Positions 24,615 to 37,408 of a stretch of 64,000 nucleotides of DNA are shown piece after piece. Origin of the DNA: Callorhinchus milii (Eukaryota); NCBI RefSeq assembly GCF_018977255.1, contig NW_024704743.1, positions 45,262,001 through 45,326,000 of the forward strand, given 5' to 3'. The position numbers and the translations under genes were made by a program. The notes under the pieces are model-generated. The model saw nothing but the letters and a program-made list of their open reading frames with translations, had not been told where the DNA came from and did no database searches. Position 1 is the first letter of the stretch, and each line of letters opens with the position of its first letter.

Positions 24615-25475
24615 ATTCTACATTTGTAAAGTACCTTTCACGTTGGGAGGACATCCCAAGGCACTGGACAGTCAGGGATTTGGACCCGAGCAGGGGGTTG
24701 GGATCAGGGGGAGTGGAGGGCAAGGAGGGTGGGGGCAGGAGGGTAGCCGAATGCGCGGTCGAAGAGGAGAGTCTTGAGTCGTACTTTGAAGGAGGCAAGA
24801 GAGGGAGCACGACAAAAGGGCTGTGGGATTGAGTTCCAAAGGGTGGGGTCAGAGAAGATGAAGGCCTGACCGCCGATGGTGGGGCGGGCCGAGTGGGGGA
24901 CGTGGAGTAGGCTGCAGCCTGCTGAGCGGAGGAAGCGAGGATTTGAACTCCATCCTCTGGGGGATGGGGAGCCAGTGGAGACGGATGAGAGTAGGGGTGA
25001 TAGGTCACAGAGTCTGGTGCGGGAGAGGACATGAGCTGCAAAGTTTTGGATGATCTGCAGCTTGTGGAGGGTTGGGAAGGCTGACAAGCAGGGAGTTAGC
25101 ACAGTCAAGGCTCAATGTAATAAATAATGGATGAGGATTTCAGCAGCCTGAGGCGTGGAGGCAGTGATGGAGTTCGACGATGTTGCGGAGGTGGGGGAGG
25201 CAGAGCGGGTCATAGCACGGACTTGGAGAAGAAAGCATCTGAAGGTTAAACAAGAAGCCAATGTTCCAGACTGGCTTGGTGAGGTGGAGTGTGCATCCAT
25301 GAATGGTGATGCTGTTGGTGTCTGAGGTGAGGAGGCGCTGACGGGAGCCAAACAGGAGAGCTTCGGTCTTGTTGACGTTCAACTGCAGAAAGTTAGCTTT
25401 CATCCAGGACTTGACGTCTGACAGACATTCTGTCAGGACAGCAGTAGTCCTGGAATTGACAGTGGAAGCAGAGAG
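24615..25475 (-). mobile_element. L2 LINE 3' fragment
   Basis: Minus-strand frames read MKANFLQLNVNKTEALLFG, LHKLQIIQNFAAHVLSRTR and PTLWNSIP, followed by the tail stem-loop. Confidence 0.9.
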
Positions 25476-26909
25476 ATGGGGGTGGGGGAGTACACCACCT
25501 ATACGTGGAAATTTCCCTGCGTCTGGAATAGAATGTGCACTCTTGCACTCTCTCCACGGAGGGATGCACCCTAGTTACCTGATTCTAACTCAGGCGAGTA
25601 TGAGTTGCAGAGCTGAGGCTTGGCAACCCTAGTGTGTGCATTGGTGGTACTGCTGGAATCTTTTAGTACATTTACATATTCCTTAATGGAGAGGAAATGG
25701 TTGGGAAGATGTAGAAAGAAAAATTGCCAGTGCTAAAAAAGTTAAATAGAATCAGAAAATGCAGAACTTCTGTAGCAGATTGGTAAAAAGAGATGGACAG
25801 GTTAACGTTTGGGATGGGACCTTTCCAAACTGGGTATCACGATCTTTCCTAGTTGTGAATGCCATTTTTTTGCTATACTAAAATGCAGCTTAAACAGTTT
25901 AACAGTCAAAAAGAGAAAAGGGATTCTCCACATGTCCTGGGAACAATCCCCCAGATAAAATTGGTCATTCACTTCATGGCTGTTCAAAGAGCATTACTGT
26001 GTGCAAATTGGTTGCCACATTCGGCTTCAAATGCAATCATTATACTCTTCAGTAAATCCTGTGTTAAGGCATGAAATCACATTATTTAATAGGGGCCACA
26101 GTTTATATTTAAATTTCATTTTAGTCACATTAGAGCACCAGTACTCCAATTTGGATTAAGTTGCACACTGTTTCCCGCTTAACATAATGAAAGGCAAACA
26201 AACCTGGAACTGAATTTGAAAAAGGAAGGGAGAGGGGCTCGAAGAAGAAGGTTTCTCTTAGGAAGCTGCTTCTTATTCTGATATGTTTTTTAAAAAATTG
26301 TATGTATTTTTAATTATTATGTGCTAACTGCTAAAAGTAGCAAATGAGAAATCCTATTTTAAATAAGGAAACTATTGATATTTTTAGCAATAGGAACAAG
26401 ATCTATTCCCATTGTTTCTACTTCAAGTAATTTCGATTGCAAAGTGCCCTCTCCTCTGTACTCTTCCACAAAGTGCAATTGGTGCATAGCCGGCCACATA
26501 CATCATTCTTCACTTAGCATCCAACGTCACAGCAGCAAAACTTATAGCAGGAAATAACAGCACGGATATATAAGGGAAACATTTAGTCTTTCAGTGCAAG
26601 GACATCATCATTGATTTTTAAAGGGGCAACGAACGTGACTGTGAAAATGTGCACACAGAGGCAAATATGGGATATTCGAGAAGATAATATGAACAGTTCA
26701 ATTCAGTTTGAGTTCGATCAGTCATACACTTAACTATTAGTGAAGTCTGTTTCAAATCAGCATCAGGCCTCTTAATTGTACAAATTTTAAAAGTTAAAAT
26801 TGCGCAGTTCACTGTGAAAGTCTCCTGTAAAATATAGAATAATTTGAGTAACTTTTTTTAATGTGTAAGTGTTGAGCTTATACCAAACCACAATCATGGC
26901 AATAGAATG

Positions 26910-28810
26910 CATTTCTCCCTCCTCCCTCTCAACCACAATTACCTGCATGAAATTCACCACCTGCTGCCTCGACCCACTCCCCACCCAGTTGCGCTGGTCA
27001 CTCAACTCCCCCTCCTCTCCCTACTGCTGGCCAACACAGTCAACCAGTCTCTCTCCTCAGGCTCTATTCCACTCCCCCTGAAAACTTCAGTCATCACATC
27101 CCTCCTCAAAAAACCAACCCTTCATCTCTCTAATCTCTCACACTGTCATCCCATCTCCAACCTACCCTTTCTTGCCAAAGTCCTGGAACGCATTGTTATA
27201 GGTAAATTTTGGTCACACCTCTCCCTCCACTTGCTCCTCGAGCCCCTGCAGTCTGGTTTTTGCCCTGCCCACAGCACAGAGACAACGCTTGTCAAAATCA
27301 CAAACAACATCCTCTCTATCTGTGACCAGGGCTCCCTCTGCCTCCTCATCCTTCTGGATCTCTCTTTCGTGTTCGATACAGTCGACCGCTTCATCCTCCT
27401 CCATCTACTCTCCTCTCTCTCCACCTTAGTGGGACCACACTCGCATGGTTCAAGTCCTACTTAACCAGCTGCCTCCACTTCATCTTGGCAAATGGTTTCT
27501 CCTCCTATCCCCGCCCGGTCACCTGCCAGGTACCCCAGGGCTCCATCCTTGGCCCTTTCTTTTCCTTATCTATATGCTCCTCTGGGCGATGTCATCCACA
27601 GACATAGGGTAAAGTTCTACATATATGCGGATGACACACAAATCTACTTTGCCTCCTCCAGTACCAACTCCAGGTCCACCGATGTTCTATCAGCTTGTCT
27701 GGCAGACATCAAGGCCTGGATGAGTGTAAGCTTTCTGCAGCTGAATACGGACAAGACGGAAGCCATACTCCTTGGTTCCCGTCACCTTCTTTACTCCTGC
27801 GGATCGAAACTACTCCCTGGGGTTTCCCACAGACTCACTGAATCAGTGCACAATCTAAGTGTTCAGTTCAACCCCCAGCTGTCCTTCCTCCCCACATCCA
27901 ACAACAATAACAAAATTACATTTAGAGAGCGCCTTTCACGTCGGGAGGATGTCCCAAGGCGCTGGACAGTCAGGGGTTAGGACCCGAGCATGGGGGAGGG
28001 ATGAGGTAGGGGTGAGGGAAGGCAGAGAGGTGGGAGGGTGACCGAAAGCACGATCGAAGAGGAGGGTCTTGAGAACAGCCTTGAAGGAGGTAAGGGAGGA
28101 AGCGAGGTAAAGGGACCATGGGATGGAGTTCCAGAGTGTGGGGGCAGAGAGGCTGAAAGCCCGGCCACCAATGGTAGCGCGGGTCATGTGGGAGACATGG
28201 AGCAGGCCGGAGCCAGCTGAATGGAGGGAGCGGGCAGGTTGGTAGGGAGTCAGCGGGTTAGAGAGGTAGGAGTGGGCAAGACCATGGAAGGCCTTGAAAG
28301 TGAGGACGAGGATCCGGTCCCTAACCAGGCCCGCCTTCCTCCACCTCCGCCACATTGCCCGCCTCTAACCGTACCTTACCCCAACCAAATGCAGCCAAAA
28401 CCCTTGTGCATGTATTTGTCATCCCCCCCCGGATTACTCAAATGCACTCCTCGCTGGTCTCCTCAGCTCCACTCTTCAAAAAATCCAGTTCATTCAGAAC
28501 CCTGCTGACCACATACTGACCCGGACCAAACTCCATACCCCCATCTCGACAGTTCTGACCAGGCTCCACTGGCTCCCCATCACCGAATGGATTGACTTCA
28601 AGATCCTCACACTCGTATTCAAATCCATTCACTCCCTGGCACCTCGCCACCCCTCCAACCTCCTCACCCCCCAATCCACCACTCAGCTCACACCGGCCTC
28701 CTGCTTTTACCTCGGACCCTCCACTCCACCACTTTTAGGTCGCACTTTCAGCCATTGTGCCCCAAAACTCTGGAACACTCTCCCTCAATCCCTCCGCCTT
28801 GCCCACTCTC
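26910..28810 (+). mobile_element. Older L2 LINE ORF2 fragment, interrupted at 27900-28311 by a second L2
   Basis: [34 protein letters not shown]. Resumes after the insert with RSLTRPAFLHLRHIAR and LHWLP. Confidence 0.9.
27900..28311 (-). mobile_element. 5'-truncated L2 inserted antisense into another L2
   Basis: ILVLTFKAFHGLA...APTLWNSIP...LKTLLFDRAF, stem-loop, (TTG) tail at 27900. ATCC occurs at both junctions. Confidence 0.9.
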
Positions 28811-28999
28811 TCTTTTTTTTACCCTGGACTTTTTTCAGACTTTGCCGATTTGGGATTCACAATCCATAGAATAGGAATTTTGCAAATTGCTTATGAAGAA
28901 AGGTATTACTTTGCTACAGGATAATATTTATGGTGTAGAAATGCTCCCATAGTGCAGAATAGGCTAATTGATCTATCAGAAATATCACTCATACAATAT

Positions 29000-29415
29000 A
29001 CAACAATGCAATACAAATTTACATTTATATAACGGCTTCCAAATCAGGAAGACATCCCAAGTCACTTGATAGTCCTACCTTGGCGCTCAAGCTGAGGGTG
29101 GAAGCCGAGGGGGATGGGGAAGGGAAAGGTGAATGAAGATTTGGTCAAAGAGGAAAGAGGTGAAGGATTGTTTGATAGAGTTCCAGAGAATGTGAGGCAG
29201 ATAGAATGAAAGCCCGACTGCTGATATGGGACAGGTTAGAGCAGGAGACATGAAGCAGGTCTGCGCCGGGTGAGTGAAGGGACCGGCTGGGCTGGGACCG
29301 TTTGAGAAGGTTGTAGAGGTAGGGGCAAGACTGTGGAGGGGCTTGAAAGTGAGGCAAGGATCTTGATCCGCTGGGAGATGGGAAGCCAGTGGGGCCAGGT
29401 GAGAATTGGGGTTCA
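29000..29415 (-). mobile_element. Old L2 3' fragment
   Basis: Degenerate HWLP...FK...LWNSI and tail on the minus strand. Confidence 0.7.
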
Positions 29416-31654
29416 AGGCTCATGTCTATCTCATTTTATTGCTGCTTCAGTGTGAAGTTAAAGAAGTATTTGTGGTGTGGCTAATCTGGGTAAAATTTGT
29501 CATAATTAAATGCTGAATTCGTATTTGAACATTCCACCTTTCTCATCGTGTTTGGGCTGTTGTACATGGATTTAGTCCTCAGAGGGAGCAGTCACACAGT
29601 AATTGCTTTGATTTTTTAAAATTCATCCTTTAATTTCAGAACCAGTTTTTATGCCAGTTACGGAACTAATAGAGGTCTTCAAATGGCCATTCATTGCAGG
29701 ATCATCAAGTACGATTCCTCTCAAGAGATCAGATCAAACAAAGGAAGGGTATGCAACTAGCATAAAGTGCCAGATACCCGAAGAAGACAGCTCAGTCTCC
29801 CACACACAGCACATCTCGTCTCTTTCAACATTCAGTAACAATACCCCATGTCTAATCCACAATTCTCAGTGGAGAAATAGAGGAGGGGCAGTTTAGGAAA
29901 TGATTCCTGTTTTTAATCTCCCTTCTCACTTGTTTAAGAGAAAGGAAGAATGGACACCCACCACATCTCACCTCTAGGCATGGGTTCAAATGCCATTTGA
30001 AGTACATATAATATAAAACACTAATAACTCAGATTCCTTTTGTACAGTTCATTTTTAAAGAGATATAGATTTGCCCTTGAACAGTGAACTGTTAAAAGCA
30101 TGAAATAAAACACATTATGCACATTAATATACCAAGCTGCCTGCTGCTTTATCCCCACTTGTAATGATACAAACTGCAGTAATGGGCATACATAGTTTCT
30201 GATGTAATATTCCAATTGATGCAGTCCAATGAGTAGGAACTGTGATAAACCAAACCATTCAATTTCTACCAGGTCCACTGGTCAGAATGGAGCCCCAGGA
30301 GTAATCGTAGGATCAACAGCAACAGTTATACAATTAAATATTGAAATGTAAAATGTCAAGTCTTCATAAGGAAGTGCTCACCACAATCGAAAAAGAACAA
30401 GCCAGAGGCCATCCTAAGATTGTCACAAAGCTATGGTTGCTACTGGAATCAATAGGTAAACTACCACTAATGAAGAGGAATTGTTTATGTGCCCTTTTTG
30501 CATGCCCTCCACGTAATGGCAGGCTCAAACAAAGATCTGCCGTGGAGATAATAATGTTCCTCTGCCTTCAGCCAGAGGAATGATTAACATTATGTGCACC
30601 GTTGTGACCTAAGCTCCAGTTCCCTTAGAAGCTCACCAGGGAAAAGCATTCCTCATTGACTGGCTCGGTCACGTAGGAGAATACCATGGAAATCAAGCTA
30701 TCAATGTCACTCCTAAAGGTCAGTGGAGATGTCCAGATAAATGGAGTTGCAGTGGTATGTGAGGTTAAAGCTCTGGTTATTCTACAGTATAGAAACTTGG
30801 GTAGGGAAGCCTTGGTTATATTATCTGCTCCATATTGCTTCAAATTGGGGGCAGTATAACATAAACACATTGAAACTTGACTCTATAATAACATTAAAAC
30901 AGTCTGTTCAAAATTCCTGGGGTGAGCTTTGAATAGAGCATAGTGTGAGTTATATATATATTGTGAATCATCCTGTGTCTCTCCTCCAGGTAGACGCAGC
31001 AGTGTAGCCCTCTGATCATACAACACATTTGGTAGTGAATCAGTGCTGGTCAACCACCAGACATGCAATATAAATATATCAGAAGGGATCTGCTACATGT
31101 CCTTTCCTTTACAAAATGCATGTTTCTTGAAAATTCAGGAATTCAGAGATATGAACCTCCTCCCCTGCTGTTTATTTTTGTGAGTAGGAATCCAGTGAGT
31201 TTACTGAATCATTGCCTTGTGTGTGTTAAATACACATAAATAATAATAAAAAATCCTTGCATTTGATATAACGCTTTTCACGTTGTCTCAAAGGGCTTCA
31301 CAGAATATACAGTAAAGTGAATTGACTATATTTGTGGGTGAAATGCGGCAGCCAATTGCCCACAGCAGTACCCCACAAACAGTCGTGGATTGAAGTGTTT
31401 TGGGGAAATTTAGTTTCTATATTGATTCTCTTCTTGATCACTCTGTGAGGACACGTGGCAACAATCATTGATAAAAAACAGTATCTGTTCCTCAAAGGAG
31501 AAAATACAGGCCCAAAATTTCATCTAGTCTTAGCCAGTCTTAACATTGGAGATACTTTTCTTTTTAAGAACTGTAGGAAACTGGCTTACAAATTAAGACT
31601 GAATTGATGAATATTGTATAATTGAATGTTAAGACAAAATGCTTTTACATGGCA

Positions 31655-31880
31655 GCTATGTTTTCACACACTATGCTCCAACCCTCTGGAACTATATGCC
31701 TCAATCCCTTCACCTTGCTCCCTCTTTTCCCATCTTCAGATCGCACCTGAAAACTTTCCTCTTCAATTGTGTCTATGATCACCTCCCCTTTCTCCCCCTA
31801 CTCAGTGTCAAATGCCTTTGCTAAGTGCTCCGAAACACTGCCCCATGTGAAGTGAGTTATATAAATGCAACTTGCCATTG
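31655..31880 (+). mobile_element. Old L2 3' fragment
   Basis: YAPTLWNYMPQSLHLAPSFPIFRSHLKTFLF plus tail. Confidence 0.75.
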
Positions 31881-34800
31881 TTAAAAAAGATTTTACAGAT
31901 TGAGATAAGGTGAAAATTTGGGTTTCATAAGAAACTAGAAATTTTGACATAGATTGGACTTAGATTTCAGATGAATGGAAAAGATTTAAATGGGAACGCC
32001 TGCCAAGAATATTTGTCGAGCAAAAACTTCATAGAATTTATTGTTTTTATAAAGCTCATTATAGAGCTGGGTCAGAAGTTGATATATTTTAAAATATTGA
32101 TTAAAAAGTAATTTTAATGCTTTTCCCAGTTCAGCAGCCACAATTCAAAATCTCTAACAAAATGTTCTATTGCATGTTCAACCTGCACGTCCCTGGCAGA
32201 TTGATTATTTTTTNACTCTTGGCATTTATACACCCACATGTCACTGGTTGTCATTCACTGGCAGCAAAATGCAGCCACTGCAGACGGCGGTCGTGAAAAT
32301 CAATCTCGGAAGGTCTTGCACGGCTGAAATTGAAGCTGTAGATTTTTGGCACAGAGAGAGGGAAATGTGACCACTGAACCAGAAAAACCACAAAGTCACT
32401 TTCAATAAAGTACATGTACTTCAAAATCTATCAGGTGCTATTGAGGCACAGAACTGGAAGCTTCAACAGATAGTTTATGGTAAATCGTAACACACCAAAT
32501 ATCTCACCCTAAATCTCAAGTGGGATGTGTAAATACTGGATGAGGAGAGGATACTGGACATTGGTGGAGACAACATTCTGGAATTCCTAAATTCATTGTG
32601 TTCCTTAATTATCAGTAGCAATCATTAAGGAATAATTATTAGCAGTAATTAAGGAATGGAACAAACTTGCAGATCTGCAAATCCTTATCAGGCCGGGAGA
32701 GAGTGCACACACATTTCACACGTCTTTGCATAAGGATGAAATATTGGATTTGCAAAGCTTTTTTAGCAGCTGGGAATCCAAAAATAAACACACTGAGCTA
32801 AAAAAATCTAAATATTACAAATACAATGTGTTGGCATATTACTGAATAGCACAAAGTTACTTGGGAGCCAAGATAATGTTATTTCAAGTCTCATAGCTGA
32901 AGCAGCCTGCAATCTGCTTGGCTGAGATTTATACAATAAATAATGCACAAACAAAACTGTTTTCAGAATGCAAACTCATTTTGTATTGCACAACAATTGC
33001 ACTAAAAATTCTCTGTAGTGGAACAGACCTTATCTCTGCAATCACTCTCTTGCTCTGCTCCTTCATCACAGGTCTATTGTGCATCCATTAAGCTCTCTAT
33101 ACCAGCACTCTCTCTCATTAAAGTTCCTTTGCCTTGTGCCTTCTCCCTGTCTTCAAAACTTTCTGTAAGGCTCTCTTTTGACCATGTCAACATCCTGTCC
33201 ACATCCTTGTCTCTCTCTTCCTACCTTGCTTGTTGATCCTCACTGTCTCTAAAAAATACAGTATATACTTTGTAAAAGGTGCTGGATAAGCGCAAGTTTT
33301 TGGTAGTGGCACTCCACAAGTGAACTAGGATAGAGCCGCATTGCTGATAATGTTGTCCTTTGCATGAGACGTTAAACTGAGTGGCCATCAATGGCATTAA
33401 AGATGGCTTGCTTCTATATCAAAGAGAACGGAGTTCTGGTTCTGTTGCCAATATTCCCTCCTCATCTAAATTCCCCTGAATTTACTGATCATTCATCTCA
33501 CTGCTGTTTGCTAGACAGATTAGCTGTTGCTTTTGCCAAAATAACAACACTTCAAAGTAAATCAATATGTGAAATGCTTTGAGATGAGGTGATACATCAA
33601 ATACAAGTTAGCATTATGTCATGATTTGAAAAAGGAAACTCAAAATGCAAAACATGATGGAACGTTATTTTCAGCAAGTAATATCTCACATAATTTTCGC
33701 ATGACTCAGTCATTTTTTACTGAATAATGTTTTAAATTAAAAACGAATAAAGGGTAAGCTTAATATCTGCATATTAGGGCAGAATTGGTATGGAAATAGT
33801 CAGAAGAGTCTATGTGTGACAAGTGGGATACAGTTGTTACACAGAGAATATAAATGTAAATGTATGCTTGTTTTCAGCACAGTAGAGCAGTACCTATAAT
33901 TCTTCACAAGATGGCGCTCTCACAACTCTCTGAACCATAGTGTGGTCAGAGATACACCAAATAGAAACAAACATGATTGAAAAACACATTTGAGGTTTGA
34001 TATTTACTTGCTGCTGAAGGCGGTGCCTTTGACAATGTCCATTTATATTGAATGCTTACTGGCATGAGGCAATTCACCTACTGTTTTTTGACATTGCTGT
34101 GCGCTAATTGGTTGCCAAGTTTGTCTACAAAATGCACAGTCACTACACTTTGAGGTATAACCGGTGAACTACTTTGAGAAGTCTTCCTGATGTGAAATGG
34201 GGCTACATCAAATATAAGATTTATTATTGATTGAGTCATAGCTGGACACTCTTACATACCTCTTACATAATCATCTAGGAAGTTGTGGTGACAGAGAATT
34301 GGAGAAGGTTGTCTGTCTGCCCTCTCGGCTTGGAATGATTGATGCATGGAATGAGGAGATCCATAAGAGGAGAAGGGGAAAGGAAGTTAAGGAAAAAAGC
34401 TTTGTAGTTCAGTCATCATAAGCACTTTTGGAGGGATGGCTTTGGATTCCAGTCAGGTCTTGTTTGGAGCTGCACTTGTTATATGATACAGTATTAGACA
34501 TTTACTATGAGAACTGTTATACTGAGTGAGAGGCTGGAGGCTATGTAATTCATTCCATTGGTGTTTCACAGCTGAGACACAGAAAGTGAATCCAAAGTAA
34601 TTATCGGCAACTTAAATCCTGAGTCTAGCTTTTCATGTGTGTAGAGGATCGATTGGGCAAAAAGAAAGGTTAGGGAGAGCCGGGTTTCCTTGCAACACCT
34701 GAGAGTAAAGGACAATGATTTAATGCAGTCGGAAGGATCAGGTAGTATCATACACTATCAGAGCAAAGCTTGATTCATTTGTGAAGATCACCCGAATCAT

Positions 34801-37359
34801 GATATTAAGCACAAGCTGTAAGGAACCATTTGCCTTCAATTCATTCACTTTGTTTTTGTTATTCCATATAACTTGAGTTCCTTTGCTATTGATAATACTT
34901 TTGAGGTTGAGTGCTTTGTTGCTGATTTATCCTTGAATCAATGTATTGAAGGCTAAATGTTCACTTTACAAGCTTCTTTGGCACATTCTGTTGGCACAAG
35001 ATGCTTTCTAATGAGTCCAGTATCTTGGCCTCCACCACCTTTCCTGGCAACCTGTTTCAGTCATTAATTACCCACTGAGAAGAGAAATCCTTCCTGATAT
35101 CTGTCCTGATACGAACAAACCATTTAACTACAGGAGGGAGGGTGGGCATCAAATATTTCTTAAGTAACAATGGAATATTCTAACCAATGCAATTTTTGCC
35201 CACTGTGTGAAATTTTGAGCATTTTACTCTCAAAAGGATCTTGAAAGTGCTGGAAACGGTTAAGATAGGGGCATCATGCATGATTCCAATATATATATAT
35301 GTCTATGTTATAAGGAGGGGTTCCCAGAATTCAACCTGTTTTAATTGGAAGCATTGTTGAGAAGGAACATGTTACAGATCTTTAAAACTAATGAGATACA
35401 TACGTGATGTAGATGTAAATAGACTATTGATTGAGACCATGAGAACAGAACTAGAGGGTATAAATTTACTTATTCAATGCCTTTTAATCGCTAGTCCTAC
35501 TAAAAGACATTGGTGGTGACTCTTGTGTGAGTTCAGAACACACTCCCATCAAAAAGCAATTAATCACTTTAAACAAGAATTGGATGTGCATCTGCTTGGG
35601 AACATTTTTGGGGTTATAGGGATCAGGGCAGACTGAGAGGATTAAAAACTCCACGATGCACAGTGATTTTTGTGCTGCTATGAGAATGATTGTTTGTGGT
35701 GGGAAGGAGGCCAATTTTCAACAGTGATGAATGGATATTCAGGAGTTTGTGCTTGATTACATTTGGAATCAAGGAATATCTCCGCAGAAACCTTCCATCA
35801 GGATGTAGAGTAGTTTGGGGTGGAGTCTGCGATAGGAAAGGTTTTCAGGGGTCTATAGCTTTTTCTTATCACGTTCTTTTGAGACTGCCATTTTATTTCA
35901 TTATTTTATATTGCTTTACTTGTTTCAACCATAACATTTCAGAAATCTACCTAGTTGCATAAACAAAATATGTTACAGGCATCCCACCGGATATTATATT
36001 TATCAAACCTAATGTCATAACATGTACATTATTTTGACAGATTTCCTCAGTGAATAAATATCACACCCCAATGACATTCTTGACATTGCCATCCATCCTC
36101 CTCTATGCTTACGTGGAGAAGTATCAGTCAAGATAAAAGTCATATATCCACAATGACAATTTGAAGCATGAAATGGCCCTCCTCCTGTTCCTATTTTCTA
36201 TGGAAAGATTGTACTACTTACATAATCCCCAGACTCAGAACATTTAGTAACATAACCTGGGAGCTTTCTCAGCACCAACCAATGTTATGCAAATAATAAC
36301 AATAATAATAAACCTTGCATTTGAAATAGGGCCTTAACATGTCATTGAGATATCTCAAAGGGATTGACGGATTGCTTTCCAGGAATAATAATCCCTCAAA
36401 AAAATGGCCTGTGTGAAATTCTCAATTTCGTGCTGAATTACTGCATGCCATGGGATTTGCATTCACAAGGACTGGCTTGAGATATCCCAAATTCAATTCA
36501 TACAGAAACCCTGTTACCCAAGATGAAGTCATGGTAAGCCAGGGACTAGATCATTCCCTGCCCATTTAATAGGTTTTAATAGTGGGATTTAAAAAGCTCT
36601 GTCCTTGTGTCATTGCGACTTGACTACCAGTAACCCCCACCAACATAAACAGTGTTTTTTTCCCTTTGAAAACCCTGATGCAGAGTCACGACATCTCAGT
36701 TCCACTGCTCTCTCGGGTCTGAGCCAAGGAGAAAGGGCAAATTTGGAACAATAATCATGAATCAGATTTACTTCAGAGAGTTGGTGAATTAATCACATTT
36801 CTTCCATGTTTTCACTGTTAACATTGTATTTCTAAACATGTTTTGCTAATTACATGTTGTTAATAACTTAATTTAAAGATTGAAGGGAATGACATTTTGA
36901 AGCATTGTCTGGGATTTCTTTGCAATGCTGACAGCTGGCTGGTACATTCAGTCCTGCTGTACTTGCATAGCATACTGACTAGCTCAGTAGATTGCTTTCT
37001 TTATACAGACAGTGCAGATAGAACCTGAATACTGTTTGGAAAGCCGTCAGCTGTAGCAATGGCTACTCCTTAGGAAACTTAACTATCTGAGGCCCAAAAT
37101 TTCTCACGATCTTAGCCTCGATTTGCACACTGTGGGGTCCCTAAGTCTTGGCTCTTGCCAATCTATGCCTAATACTTTCCAGAATTAGGTAAACAGGAAG
37201 TGTCCCTCCAAGTAGAAAGTGTGCATTCGATTCCAATAAATATCTCTGGAATTTCCTCCAGGGTGGGAGTCATGGAATTCTCAGTTTGGCTTGGACACTC
37301 TTAAGCATCATGATGGGTTTCCACATGTGTCAGACACCCACCTGATCCCCCACACTATC

Positions 37360-37408
37360 TAATAATAATAATAATAATAATAATGATAATAATAATAATA
37401 ATAATAAT
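37360..37408. repeat. (AAT)n microsatellite, an expanded SINE tail
   Basis: Long AAT run adjoining a minus-strand SINE 3' end (CCTTGCATTTGATATAGCGC). Confidence 0.9.
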
